Assembly (NCBI GenBank): GCA_036867785.1
Contig: CP145410.1
Location: 310,001 to 374,000, forward strand
DNA from: Plasmodiophora brassicae
Lineage: Eukaryota
Length of the DNA stretch: 64,000 bases
Reading direction: 5' to 3'
Part shown: positions 1 through 12,605 of the stretch, in pieces
Layout: every line of letters starts with the position of its first letter
How positions within the stretch are numbered: position 1 is the first letter of the stretch
Position numbers and translations under genes: made by a program
Notes under the pieces: model-generated
Seen by the model: only the letters and a program-made list of their open reading frames with translations
Databases searched by the model: none
What the model was told of the DNA's origin: nothing

Positions 1-177
1 CGACGGCCGATCGTCGAACGCTGCGACGACACGGGGGGTGGCTGCAGTTCAGACTGTCGCCAGTGCGCGGCTCGCGTCACACAGCCAACGGGGCCATGTT
101 GGCATTGGGGCACACACTACCAGTCGCGAGCTGCACATGACGAGTGAGAATGAGCATGGCCCAAATGCCGTACGGCA

Positions 178-700
178 ATGGCGGCGTCGCTGCACGATGG
201 TACGGCGCGCGCGTGTGTATGTGTGTGTGTCCCAGCCAGCCGACAGTTGACGCTCGGCATTCCTAGATCTGGGTGAGTTCGACGAGTTCGTCCGGCGCTT
301 CCCAAAGTACCGAGAACAGTCCGAGCTCGTGCACCTCGTGTACAACGACCTTCGGCTCGTCAAACAATGGGCAGACGTCGCTGTGATGGACGCTCCTAAA
401 ATCGGGTCCTACCTTATCACTGGTGTGCCATACGCGCAGGTATCCCGTCTCTGTACACTGGCGGCGTCCTTCCTGATATTCGGCTAGAACGAGAAGGAGG
501 TCGTCCTCCCCCGGTGGGTCTACGACGACGTCACGCCTGGCGACCTACACGCAATTCTTCACGAGACCTCGTCCCGATGTGTGCTTGCCTTCGCCGACTC
601 GGACTCCACGTTGTCGTACTATGCCATCGACAACGGCATTGCAGCCATGCCGATCGCTGCGAAACTATCCTCCGATAAACCCGACGTCGACGACGACTAA
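178..700 (+). CDS. SEN15: tRNA-splicing endonuclease subunit Sen15-like (3 exons)
   Basis: Spliced product MAASLHD/DLGEFDEFVRRFPKYREQSELVHLVYNDLRLVKQW...EVVLP...CVLAFADSDSTLSYYAIDNG*. The VY.DL...K.W and LA..DSDST..YY motifs are typical of Sen15. GT-AG introns at about 200-266 and 440-487. Missed by the ORF track. Confidence 0.75.
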
Positions 701-767
701 CAGTGATTGCCCCAAGTGACTACTCGAGTGTGCCTGTGTTTCGATCGTGCTGAATTTCATGCCGACC

Positions 768-1450
768 TCACATATTACGAGGAAATTGGGTCCCTTGCAC
801 GTATCCGCCTCGCAGCGATTGCGCGACCATCTGCTGGAACCTCGTGAGGTCGTTCCGCATGACTTCGGCCGCCTCCTGGTTCAGCGGATCGTTCGGGTTC
901 GGGTCCAACATCAGGAAGATCAGACCATGTACGACGTTCTGGATGTTCAGCACGGGGCGCCACGATTCCCTGAGAATGTTCAGACACACCGCACCATTCA
1001 GGTCAATGTTCGGATGCCAGATCTGCCACAACGTCAGGCGCCAGCACAGCAGGCGGCAGCAGCCATGGCATACCTTTTCCAGACATTTCACTTTCGGCGC
1101 CTTGTACGGGTAATGATCGCTGATCTCGAACGAGAACGTATACGTGGCGCCTTTCCAGTAACCCGCATCGGGTTTGACGGATATCGAGAAGCGCATGAGA
1201 TCGTCCTTGTTCGGCAATATCAGCTTGCAGTTATCAGGCAGGTCAAGCTCCTGCATGTCGCCCATCATTCTCACTGCGACCGCACATATCAGTCTGACGA
1301 ATCGCTCCCAGGGACATGCGACCGCCCCCTCATACTCATCGCCGCCGTCTTCTTCTTCTTGCCGTCGCCCGCATCCGCAGCGGCCGCCTCGTCCGACAGC
1401 TTGGTCTTGGCCCGGCGCCCAGCCCCGATCTTGAACAGCGACGCCGACAT
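768..1450 (-). CDS. UBC12: NEDD8-conjugating E2 enzyme Ubc12/UBE2M (spliced)
   Basis: UBC core WHPNIDLNGAVCLNILRESWRPVL...DPNPNDPLNQEAA. Basic N-terminal extension MSASLFKIG...KKKK, and C-terminal SLRGGYVQGTQFPR typical of Ubc12. Confidence 0.9.
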
Positions 1451-1632
1451 TTTGTGCGATCCTGCTGATCCGCTGGCACCTGTTCGGGTTCTCCGGCGGC
1501 GGCGGCGTCACACGGCAACTGCGCCCGTCAGCATGATGCAGCTACCCCCGCTGGACTGGAAGAAGCGCTGCCACGTTCACGTCGTGCTCGTTCCAGTCGG
1601 GTTGCCTCGTCGTGACAACACTGCATGCCGGC

Positions 1633-2544
1633 TCATGTATTTCTGGATGTTGAACGATCGTCGTTGGCCCATAGCCGTTGCGCAGCTTCGCCCCAGGAAC
1701 GGGCAATCTCGTCCGGATCGAAGTCGCTGGCGTTCTCGTCCCAGTCCTCGGGTACCTCGTCAGTGAATAGTTCGTCACGGTCGCCTGCGGCACTGGGGAC
1801 CGCTGTTGCTTCTGAGACGGTTACAGGGCCTTCGTGCTCCTCGGCGGCGCCTTCCGTCACCTGCTGCAACATGTCTGTGCATGGCCGACATAATCTTGTT
1901 AGCACCAGCGAGACTCGCAAAGTCGTGATATAAAACGGTACCTTCCAGAGAAAGGTGCAATCGACTCGCACTCATCAAATCTTCAAGCGGAGCGGGTGGC
2001 CGACAGATGGACATGCCGTTACGCTCAATGAAGTCGGCAGGGGCGGCGCTGACGAGAGCAAGCCGCTCCGCGAAGACCAGCAGATCGTGAACCGACACGG
2101 ACTCTGACAACGTAACCAGTCAGGCGGCTTACTTGCCAATCAGTCGATGAAGACGAACCTTTTCGCTGTACACCGTCAACGTTCTTGACAGCGTGAGGAT
2201 CAACCGCCAAGTCATACATTTTATTCTCCAGCGCGTTGACCTCGTTGGCGAACCCGATGATCTTCGCATCAACCTTCTCGATTTCTTTCCTGACACGGGC
2301 AATGTTCTCCTCGACCTCGTACAACCTAATAACTGCACGCCGGGTCAGCTCCAGCCCGGTGGGGGATGCAGGCTGCAGAAGGGCGTCACATACGCTGCGA
2401 TCCGATATCCTGGATGTACGCGTGTTTCTTCAGGACCTGCTTCGTCATCGCCTGTATCGAGGGGACGTTCCCCGACGCGATGCTCTCCATCAGCCACTGC
2501 GCGCGCTGCAGGAAATCGTCCAGATGGCATTGCAGGTGCGACAT
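1633..2544 (-). CDS. MED4: Mediator subunit Med4-like (spliced)
   Basis: A coiled-coil exon (YEVEENIARVRKEIEKVDAKI) is followed by VSVHDLLVFAERLALVSAAP...RPPAPLEDLMSASRL, matching the Med4 core, then an acidic tail. The 3' end is uncertain. Confidence 0.75.
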
Positions 2545-3073
2545 CGACGGATGCTGTCGTCGGTCTCCGTGAGCACCGCAACAACGTCGGTTCTGTCGCT
2601 TTTATAGCCCGTCATCGATGGGTATACATCAGACAGCTGGTGCCGATGTTCTAGCAACGCAGCCATGAGCGATAGGATCTATTGTCATGTCGAGCACGCC
2701 CAGGCTTGTTGCTGGAGAACCCGCAAGAGCGAGCTTGCAAAAGCCTACCGAACAGCTTTCGGAGTACCACCACCACGCTGTCGATCCAGCATCATCTACG
2801 CGAGCAACGGATTCGATTATCCAGTGTCTGGGACACTGTCGCAAGGACGCGAGTACAGAAGGTTACTCTGGCCGATGGCCAGCGCTACAGAGCAAACAAG
2901 CATCGGTCTGCTCGCCGACGAGTGCCGCGACGTTGATTTCGAATGCGTTGAGCATCGCAATCGGAATTCCGGCTCAGCCGATCCGACACGTGTCGGCAAG
3001 CGCGAGAGAGCTGTCTGAGGAGACAATTCACAGATGATAGCAGAACGTAGATCGGATGCTTGTAGTCTACCAC

Positions 3074-3356
3074 TTAGTGATGTTTCGCCTGCTTATGGTG
3101 GTCTGTGCACGAGCAGGAATAAGACACTCGCAGTCGTGCACCAAACGGCGGAATAACGCTGACCTCCTTTGGTGAAGTACTCGATCGAGTAGCCGACGGT
3201 GCCGACGAGGATGCAGACGTGGATGACCGGGGTGAAACTGTTCGTCTCGACGTACTTGGTACTGTACCACTTGACGAACCGTCCGAATCCCGACACCGCC
3301 TTGTCCTTGGACAGGTTCGACCCCAGATCCTTCAGCGTCTTGTCCATGACCCCCAT
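3074..3356 (-). CDS. ATP17: Mitochondrial ATP synthase subunit f-like (2 exons)
   Basis: MGVMDKTLKDL...WYSTKYVETNSFTPVIHVCILVGTVGYSIEYFTKG/DHHKQAKHH*. The Y..KY...S..P..H.......GYS.EY...HH pattern is characteristic of subunit f. Confidence 0.75.
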
Positions 3357-3743
3357 CGCGACTCCGCGACTGTTCCTCCTCGCTGCCCGACGCCTTCCAC
3401 TGACGCCGAACCCCGCGTGACTGACCGCAATGTTGAAACATCGCGCGGCCCCTGCTCTGCAGAGCAGAAACGAGCCAGGCTCCAAACAGTCTGCCATGGT
3501 TCCCAACGTTCGTTCCAAATAACGGGTTGTGTAGACCGATTGTAAAGTAACGGATGTTAATGATTTCAGGAGCCGTCGTTAACTGCCAGACAGCACTGGA
3601 TGTGGGTGCTATAATCGCGCCGTTTGCAAGGTGCTCCTGAGCATTGAGGCCGGCAACATCCTGGTCAGGGTTCGCGTTGCGAATGACGCGGTCTTGACCG
3701 TCTTGATCGTGGATTCGAGGCCCTACACATGCACGCGCGTTAC

Positions 3744-5198
3744 TCATCTTTGCTGCCTGCAAGGGAACTGCTGAGGACGTGCCGGGTTCTTGCGTGGTCG
3801 CTTGCTGTTCGATACGCAGACAGCCATATCGATTTGGTCGAATAGGAGATTGCACCAGAGTCGCTTTTCCTCTTCGGTTGCCGCCATCACTGTGATTGAC
3901 TACGGGACGGAGTCAGGGTGATCTACTGATGGCGAAGGGCGCGCCAGGCCGACCTTGGTGCTGCTGACAACCTGAAACGCATGAACAATCCCGCGATGCT
4001 TATTGTCGGGTAGGTCAACGATTCTCATGTTCCGGACGTCGAGAACGTGCTTGAGTTTCCGGTCTGGGGAAGCGCCCAGATCCGCCTGGTCAGACAGTCA
4101 GGTCAGACGGTGTTTCGTAGATGCCCTTCAGGTATTCCTTACGTAGATCAAGCAGTCGCTGAACAGCATGAATGTGTACGTCTTCCAGCGATTCACCAAA
4201 TGTCGCGATGACTGAGCGTACAGCTAGCAGGCAACGCGTTACCAATGTTCTGCCTTCGGGTTGGTACACGGTACCTTATTGAGAGGGCCTTGATGGATGA
4301 ACTGTCGGCTTAAGGCGCTTCTGAGAGAAATCTGACCTTTGAACAGGTCCTGTTCAATGCGGCGCACGAGCAGACCATGCTCGGCCCGACTGGCGCTGAC
4401 GTCGACATGATGGCAGATTTGCGTTATGGAATCCAGGGCCACTGTTTCAAATTACAGCAACGGTGAGCCTAGTTCGGGGACGCAATGGCCAAGTTCTAAC
4501 CTTTGATGGACCGCCTTTCATCTCTCATACTGTCCGGTAGGCCTTCCAGAAGGGTATTCAGCATCAGCCTGTAACGTGGAACTTCGAGCAGCAGTGCTTA
4601 GTTCCGCGATGGATGTGGAGGGGTGGTGGGTCGCTTCCGCATACCTCTTTGGACCGGACCAATTCGGAGTGATAGCAGTGTCTCCCCAGCGACGATTTCA
4701 GAGACGCGAACGAATGCACTGAACCATTCGTTGTCGCCACGTAGACGACGGATCTCGTCTGACACGTGCTGGAAGTTGGCCGCGTAACGACCATACGCCT
4801 CCATGCACGACAGCCGCAGTTGAGTGAAGCCAGTGCCAAGGCCAGGAATCCCTTCTTCTAACAGTCCGTGCGCTTCGATCAGCATCACCAGTGGCCGGGC
4901 GGCACGGTGCGGACACGTTACTCTTCAGGAGCAGGATAAGGTCCTGGTGATGCGTCTGGAACACGGGAAGCAATTGAAACCAAAACTCGACGTCCTTGTC
5001 GGTAACCTGCGTCTTCCGCTGCCCATGCACGGCAATCTCCGCGTGCAGGCGCTGCGAAAAATGCAGGTGCAGGTCGGCCAGCTTAGCAAGGTAGCGCTCC
5101 TCGGTGTCGACCAGCTCCGTCAGCGGCGGCACTGCCTTCTCCGACCACAGGCCCGACAGCGACGATATACTCCCTTCCGTACCCTCCCCTGCCTTCAT
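3744..5198 (-). CDS. Dbl-homology (DH)-PH domain Rho guanine nucleotide exchange factor (multi-exon)
   Basis: DH motifs ELVDTEERYLAKL, YGRYAANF and LLSLRIGPVQR/.PRYRLML. PH-like FIHQGPLNK, FMLFSDCLIY, HAFQVVS and AATEEEKRLW. Confidence 0.85.
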
Positions 5199-5377
5199 CT
5201 CCTTCGCCTATGAAAACGCAATGCAACAGCGGCGATCTGGAACCCCCCCTGGTTATCGTTCTCGAATTATCTCGGCCGTATAGACAGCGACAGGCCGCGG
5301 CGACCCATAAATTCTACGTACATTGCCAGCAGCAGGGGTGGTAGGCAGGACCCGGGAAATCGATCATACGTTATGCG

Positions 5378-7229
5378 TTGGGCGCCGCTGCACTGCATGG
5401 CCAGTGGTGGGACCATAATGTTGCAACTGGGATGGGCTTGGGCGATGACGGGCCGCCGGCAGAGCGGTCAGTGGCGCAAATGGAGGGCAGTCCGTGGGTG
5501 GGCGGCGCAGCGGGCGTCGTTGACACGGACGGCAGCGCCCGCAGCAGCGGCCGCTGCATCGTGAAGGGAGATGTCGAATCGCCCAGTAACGGAGGTGCGT
5601 ATGAGGAAGGCGCGCCTGTCGACCTGGCGATCGTCGAGCACGATATGAACCCGGCGCTGTTATCGGCGTTCACGGCGTTGTTCGTCGAGCTCGTCCACAC
5701 GCGTAAAGCGTACCCGTCGGCCGAGGTGCTGGCTGACCAGCTGCAGTCGTCGCCGAAGCTTCTGCAGGTTGTTCACGCCCCGTTGGATGATCGTGCAATT
5801 GCGCATGTGAACGAGCGTGGTTCGCAGCAGGGCTGGAACGTTATACGGACGACGGACAGTGAGGTCTGGACGCACATGAGCGCGATTGACGCAGGAACGT
5901 TCATACGGTTCAGGGCAGGGCCCGACCAAACCTTCACTTATGTAAGTGAGGCTCGGCTCCGTCCCATGTTGTTGTTGACGGCACGACCACTCTAGATCGT
6001 ATTCCGAGTTCAACGCCAGTGATTCATAATACCGTCCAGTGGCTGATTAAAATCGCGAAAGCGTGCTTCGAATTTCAGGGATGTAGAGCACTGGACCGCT
6101 GTGACAGACGACAACGGTCGCAGATGACGCTTATCACTGACAACCGCACCTCAATACATGTACCTCCCTATTTATCCTCGTGGACTCCGCTCCTGGAATT
6201 TCTCATCGCCCGTTGGACAGACTTGCCCCTTCGGATTCCCGACGACCACAGTGTACCAGATTTGAGGGTTTCCCGCGTACCCGATAAGATTCGACCGGAT
6301 CGCGAAGCCCTGTGACATGGAGTTGATCCTTGTGCCCTATGTCGGCTCAGATATCGGCGGCATGGTCGTCGATAGGCCTTGCCAGTTCCGCATACAGCGG
6401 AAACGTGCTGCTCCTGCGGAAGGTAAGGATCGTGGCGCGGCACGCACGCAGTGCACCGACGACAATTCCCGCAGCGCGCCCCGACCATGTCAAGCCGGAA
6501 GGCAGCGGTCTCATCGAGGGCGATAGAGGGCGGCGTCATTACTCCTTCGACGTACACCTGCCCTATACGACGATATGTGCCGAGCACTGTGCTTGGATGA
6601 TGAGCGCCAGGATGGGCCTGAGGAACATTGGAACGCCAAGGGAGACATCTCTACCGAAGCCACAGGTCACGAAGGTCGTGCCCCGCATCGATGTCGTTGC
6701 TGTCTCCAAACGCCGGCGACAATCGAACTCCAAGAAAAGTGCCTGGCGGCCCAGCTCAGGTGATGTCTGCGATCAATGCAATTCAGCGGGTGAGCTTAGC
6801 TGGTCCTTAGAGCGGCTGCCACCCTTGGGGCATAATCCGAACCAGACACAACCGGGAACGAACGATACGAAGGTCGACCCGCTGCGTATCTCGACGTACC
6901 GAACAACAACTGATGATTGGTGAAAGCAGGTGCCCAAGCTGCCTGTGCAGACGCTAGTCCAGGTCTTGAAGCGTCAACATCGTGGATACGAGTTTACGAT
7001 GCGGACCGGGCGCCTGCCAGGCAAGGGACGCATCAACTACGCAACGCTAACGGACCGGCCTGTCCACGTGCCAGCTTTCAAGCAGAAGGACGAGGAGAGG
7101 CGGGCGAATGAAGTGAAAAGGGAAGTTCTTCACCTGCCTCCACTTCCCTTCCAGCGCCCGCAATCCAGATCGCCGCTTGGTGTCGACCCGAACGATGGTG
7201 AACCTCAGCGACAAGTGCGCGCTGCATGA
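5378..7229 (+). CDS. Hypothetical protein (multi-exon; structure uncertain)
   Basis: Consecutive + strand ORFs with coding-like composition, separated by GT..AG intron-like segments. No family recognised. Confidence 0.45.
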
Positions 7230-7362
7230 CGAACCGTCGAGTCGCTACACAGAGCCGTTTCCTTAGTCCTGTCGGCGTGGCAAACAAACGCACGCATCGT
7301 CGCGCTTCACACTGTGCTGTATTAGCATCCGCCTATGTAGTGACCAATTTCCTGCAGCATCT

Positions 7363-9439
7363 CTAATCAACAGTGACCGCCTTGGCCAGGTTCTTCGGCT
7401 TGTCCGGGTCAATACCTCGTTGAACAGCCAACTCATCTGTCCGGGGAAAACGCTGAGCCGCCGGGTTGCGCGTGATGGTCGTTCTGCGAACTTACATGCG
7501 AGTTGCTGCAACGGGACGACGCCGAGCAAAGCAGTCAGCGGCCCATTCTCCGGAATGAGGATAACGTCATCAGCAATGTGCTCCGCGATCTTCTCGTTAT
7601 CCGTCACGATAATCGTGTGAGCGCCTCGTGCGCGCACCTCCTGCGTAACCGCGATCATTAGCGAGCCGTCCACAGTGACCAGCATCACAGAGCAAAGCTG
7701 ACCTCAGCCGCTGTCCGCATCAGTGCCGCGTTCTTGTCATCAGGGATGACGAGAATGATCGGCGTGCCTTTCTCGATCAGCGCGAACGGTCCGTGCTTCA
7801 AGGCGCCACCCGCATAGCCCTCGGCATGGATGTACGTGATTTCCTTGATCTTCAGAGCCGCCTCTCGTGCAATCGGTTCAGCAAACCCTCGACCGAGCAC
7901 GAAGATGTGTTCAGCGTCCTTGATCTTAGCAGCGATTGCGCCGATGTTGTCATTGTTCTTCAGGGTCATACCGCAGTACAACGGCAGTTTGTGCAACGCG
8001 TCAAGGACCTCATCGATGCGCTGTTTCGACTCAGGGCGCTTGCGAATCTGGGCAAACCAGCCGGCAATTAGGCACATGACGACGACCTGAGTGACGAACG
8101 CCTTGGTCGATGCGACAGCGTGCTCGCGGCCGGCGTTAATGTATACGCCACACTTTGTCGTGCGAGCAATCAGCGATCCGACCGAGTTGATGACGGAGAA
8201 GCGCGGCAGATTGCTCTCGGCAGCCATGACGACTGCACGGTGCACGTCCTTGGTCTCACCAGACTGCGACACGACCAGCAGCCCTCCAGCCTCGACTGGG
8301 AACGAATCCGGAATCAGCTCAGCGGCGTCGACCGTCTGCACAGACTCGAACGAGTTCAGGTAGCGCATGACGGCGGCACCGTACTGGGACGCGAACAAGG
8401 ACGTTCCACAGGCCGCAATGACCAGGTGCTGGATCGATTTCAAGTTCTCCTCGTTCGCCTGCAGGCCACCAAGCTTGACGATGCCGCCACGATTGATACG
8501 ACCGCCGTAGTTCAGCGCACGAGAGATCGCCTCGGGCTGCTCATTGATTTCACGAATCGTCCAGTGCGGGTAGGGCGCCGGCGTGAGCAGAATGTCCTCG
8601 CCCTTCGGCGCCGATTCCTGCCTGGACTTGTCCAGTGAAACGCCATCTGCCTCGACGATGGCCACTTCGCCGTCCCTCAGCGGGATGTACTGGTTCGTGT
8701 ACCGTCCGAACGAGGAGAACTCACTCGCAAGGAACATGCGGCCCTCGGCGATGCCGACGACAAGCGGCGAGCCGTTTCGTGCAGCAATAATCCGTCCAGG
8801 GTTCTTGACGTCGAGAATGCACAGTCCCCAGGTGCCATGCAGCCGGGCTAGCGCTTTGTTGACTGCGTCCTGCGTCTCCAGCCCTTCGTCGAGGTACTGG
8901 CCGATCAGGACGGCGATCACCTCACTGTCCGTCTCCGACTTGAACTTGTAGCCCTTGTCGAGAAGCTCCTGGCGAAGCTCGCTGGCGTTCTCTATCGTGC
9001 CGTTGTGCACCAGGGCGATTCGGTTCTTGTTGTCCAGATGGGGGTGCGCGTTCGCGTCCGTCTTGGCGCCATGCGTCGCCCATCGCGTGTGCGCAATACC
9101 GATCGGGTTGCCCTGGTGGACCGACGGTGCCGCTTCCGCAAGCAGCTTGATGGAATCGCTAGTCGACCCGGCGCTGGCGAATTTCGTCGTCACCAATTCC
9201 TGTTTCGCGTTGATCGTCGAGACACCACAGGAGTCGTATCCGCGGTTCTGCAGGATGGTCAGGCCTTCCAGCAGGTACTTCACCGCGGAGTCGTTCCGGT
9301 CCTTGCCGACATACGCGACGATGCCGCATGCGTCGGCGTGGCGCGCCCACGACCACGACGCTGCCAACGTGCCGCCGACCGCTGCCGCCGCCAGCGACAG
9401 CGTCGGGCACGCCCGTCGCCACACGGCCTGCGCCCACAT
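7363..9439 (-). CDS. GFA1: Glutamine--fructose-6-phosphate aminotransferase (GFAT/GlmS) with a 37-aa N-terminal leader
   Basis: CGIVAY...[27 protein letters not shown] and TDSEVI; SIS-domain SQSGET and [17 protein letters not shown] and LKHGPFAL; C-terminal [11 protein letters not shown] after two short introns. Confidence 0.97.
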
Positions 9440-9760
9440 TCACAACTGACGCTGCCGACCGACGATCAGTTCGCGACTGGTCTGGAACCAAAACTGCCCA
9501 GCGCCTCGCCCGATTTTATTATTAGAGGCCCGCGCCACAGGCCGCCAGTCACACGTTGTTTCCGTTTCACCTTCTCGAACGGAGAGACAATAACAGCAGC
9601 CTGGAGGCCATCCGTCGTATCACTGATAGAGTGATAGTACATAGGGAGCCCTGCAAAAAACATACCCGTAAGCAGGACGGAAGTTTGCGTTCGGCTGCCA
9701 TTTTTTTTGGGATACTGCCACCCCTCGTCTGCATGGGTCAGTCGCGGGCTCGCGGCCCAA

Positions 9761-10096
9761 ATGGAGATCTGGATCTCGCTGGTGCTGGTGGGCGTCGGAT
9801 TCTGCATCAGGCACTGGCGCGTGCTCGACAGGTTCCTGTACGTGTTCGAGCAGTTCCATGATCTGCAGCACAAGGAGACGCTCGTCGCTGTGCTGGTCGC
9901 GATCGTCGTCGTGTTCGTCATTCTGGCGGGCCTGCTGAACAAGGTGGCGCTTGTCGAACGCGCGGCGTACCGTCGCGCGCTCGCCGCCCATCGCCAGTCG
10001 GATCAGCCGTTGAATCCGCCCAGGCTGCTGTTCCGCCGTTCATCATTCGGTCCCGGACACGCCGCCATCATCAAGCAGCTCATCAAGACCCATTGA
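9761..10096 (+). CDS. Small membrane protein with two hydrophobic segments
   Basis: MEIWISLVLVGVGFCI... and LVAVLVAIVVVFVILAGLL. GC3-rich codons. Divergent from GFAT. Confidence 0.6.
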   Translation: MEIWISLVLVGVGFCIRHWRVLDRFLYVFEQFHDLQHKETLVAVLVAIVVVFVILAGLLNKVALVERAAYRRALAAHRQSDQPLNPPRLLFRRSSFGPGHAAIIKQLIKTH

Positions 10097-10775
10097 ACAC
10101 CCCCCTCCCGGTGGCCGATCATAACATATCGCGGTCAGCGCATCGACCCATTTACTGTACCATAACATTCTGCCTCCAGCTGATCTCTGCCTGCGCCTTG
10201 CGTAACCTGAACTTTGGAACATCAGAAGCCACCAGCGTGCGGAATGAATTCGGGAAAGACACTCGACTACCCACGTGCTGATGCTGTCCAATGTTGCTGC
10301 ACCTTCTCGCCGCCTATACGCCCAGATCACCCAACTTTACGAGGTGCACTGTCGTGAGGTCGTAGGAACCCTATACGGCTTCGTCAAGGCTGGACGATAT
10401 CAACGGTGAAACAGGGAGAAGGCGCTGTGGCATCAGTGTCCATCGGCCCATCGCAGTGTGGCGGTGCCCGCTGCATCGTCGACGCCCATCCGTATGATAG
10501 ATGATACTACGGTCTGGTAACCCGCCACGGCTGGACTCGCCGTCACCGTCGACTACGAACAACCGACCCGGGTAGGCATAGATCTTGCCGTTACCGTCTC
10601 CACCCTGTCTGGCGGGCCATGCAGACCTGCTCGTCGATGGTCTATCACGACAGGTTCGATCTTCAATGCACAACGTGGATCGGGCGAGCAGCAGAAGCAC
10701 AGAACCCTGCAACTCCAGTCGGCGTGACCGATTGCTGATGAATGAATAGACCAGCACCCCACAAATGCTACGACA

Positions 10776-11322
10776 TTACGATTCATTACTCTGCGGGTTG
10801 ACTTGCGCGTCGCCGGTAACCGTTGCGAGGAAGTTGTTGACAGCGGCGATACCATCGTCCTCGGACGTCCGCGTCCGGCGCCACGAACTCGACCCGATGG
10901 CGGACGTCACATCGGGCAATCGTGTCCGAAGGAAATCGATGGCGGCGCCGAAGTTCGCCTGAAGGCCGCCGCGAATCGAATCACCCTGGGGACCGATAAC
11001 GGCCTGCAGTTTCTCACGAAGCTCTCGACCCTAACCAGTGCACAAGTCAGTCTCCTACGCGTCAGCACAGTTTCACTGAGGCACGTACCGAGCTGACGCC
11101 GAGCTTCTGCTGTATGCAGACGGCCGTTGCCGCGCCGGACGCTGCGACGATGGCGGTGCTGTACGCCAGCGCCCTTACCGCCACTCCCGCCGATGACGCG
11201 GTAACCAGCACGCCTGAGCGGCGCACAGCAACAGCAGCGCCGGCCGTTAACGCGAATATCCCACCGAACAATGTCGCTAGCGCTCGGGGCCAGACGTTGC
11301 CGTCGTCACTCGTGGCATCCAT
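10776..11322 (-). CDS. TMEM242/DUF1358-like membrane protein (2 exons)
   Basis: AVRALAYSTAIVAASGAATAVCIQQKLGVSS/GRELREKLQ resembles the A.RAL...T.......LGV.S..EFR.K pattern of TMEM242/Aim11-type proteins. Confidence 0.65.
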
Positions 11323-11444
11323 TGTGCGCGCGGGCCCCGCACACGCGACTGACCATCGTGAGGACGCAGCAGACAGAAAGCACGAACGTTAACGAGGTTG
11401 GCAAGGCGTTTAGACAATATGGTGGATATTCGCCGGGTATTTGA

Positions 11445-12467
11445 CTACAGGAGGGGCATTTCGGGCAGGATATTCGTGTTGCCCGTCAGTTCCGCATTCA
11501 GGCTGATCTCAGCCAGGATCCTGTAGCGCGGGAACGATCAGCCGGCATCGAAAGGCAAGGGCACAACCGGACGTGTGTACCTCTTGAGAGACGCGTTCTC
11601 GTCCAGCAACGCAAGGTTCTGAGCTCTCAGCTGGGATATTACGTCAGCCAAGGCTGGGTCGTCGGTGGCGGCGGCGGCCTTAGCCGGCGGGGGAGCTGGC
11701 CGCTCGGTTTCGGTCGTGTCCTCGGACCGACTGCCTGCAGAGCGGGGCGCTTTCGGTATCGATTTCCGCATGGCACGCTTCTTCTTTGGCGGCGGCGGTG
11801 ATTCGGTGATGGTGACCGGGCGCCGCCGGTGCCCTCCGCCATCCCGTTCGCCCCATGACTTTCGCGCCAGGCGCCGCGGCCGTACTGGAGTGCGGTCAGC
11901 AGGCCTGCTGTCGTCATCGTGTTCGCGCCCAGCCTTGCCCGACGACTTCCGGGCGATCCGCTTCGCCCGACTTGATGACCCGGGCGTCGGGGCGGCACGG
12001 TTCGGCGTTGAATTGCGGCTGGTCGTCAGTACGTTGGGTTTGCGCGCCGGAGACGACCGCTTCGAGGAGGAGGACTTTGGCGTCCTCGCTGCATCGCTCG
12101 AGCGACGACGAAACTCGGCCAACTTCTTCGGGCAGTTCAGGTGTTCTATAGGCTCCCAGGTATTGTCTGACGCAGCGCTGCGAGACAGAACGGCAGTCAG
12201 TTCACCCGAGTTCGCAGGAGCTCCTGGCAGCCACGCTGTCTTACTATCCCTTCCATTTAATCTGTGCCAATGCGCATCCGTCAGTTGTGGGCGGGCCGAG
12301 AACCAGGCCGGCAGTTCACCGACCTCGTACTCGACGCGTTTCGTCTCCGGGTTCGATCGTCGCCCCACGATCCTCTCGACCTGGCGCCGACAAATTTGGT
12401 ACCCTGACGCATCAACATATCCGCTGACGTGCCTGACCTCAAAGTCTTTGGACTCGACGTCGGACAT
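11445..12467 (-). CDS. Chromodomain protein (HP1/CBX-type N-terminal chromodomain, basic low-complexity middle, C-terminal coiled coil)
   Basis: Spliced MSDVESKDFE/VERIVGRR...VEYE/IKWKGY/AASDNTWEPIEHLNCPKKLAEF with the aromatic cage residues F, W, Y. Several ARKS motifs downstream. Confidence 0.88.
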
Positions 12468-12605
12468 GGCGCGATGGGCGCGCACCGCAAACGAGGCGAG
12501 CGGCGAAGACGGCAACCTTTTGCGCGCGCGCGGAGTCCTGGAGGGGGCTTCCTGTTGGTTACGTCTAGTGATGCGGGTATTTGAAATACGTATTTTAAAT
12601 AGGTA

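Noticed and set aside
747-1766. Long antisense ORFs (also 11665-12687, 24355-25593, 24631-26019, 32861-34348, 47709-48554)
   Set aside because: Expected stop-poor antisense or alternative frames of GC3-rich genes already identified at those positions.
3067-3855. 262-aa minus-strand ORF overlapping the ATP synthase f gene
   Set aside because: Both ends are explained by other frames (last RhoGEF exon and subunit f). No recognisable domain.
9440-9760. Possible glmS ribozyme upstream of GFAT
   Set aside because: Eukaryotic context, and no recognisable glmS ribozyme core sequence.
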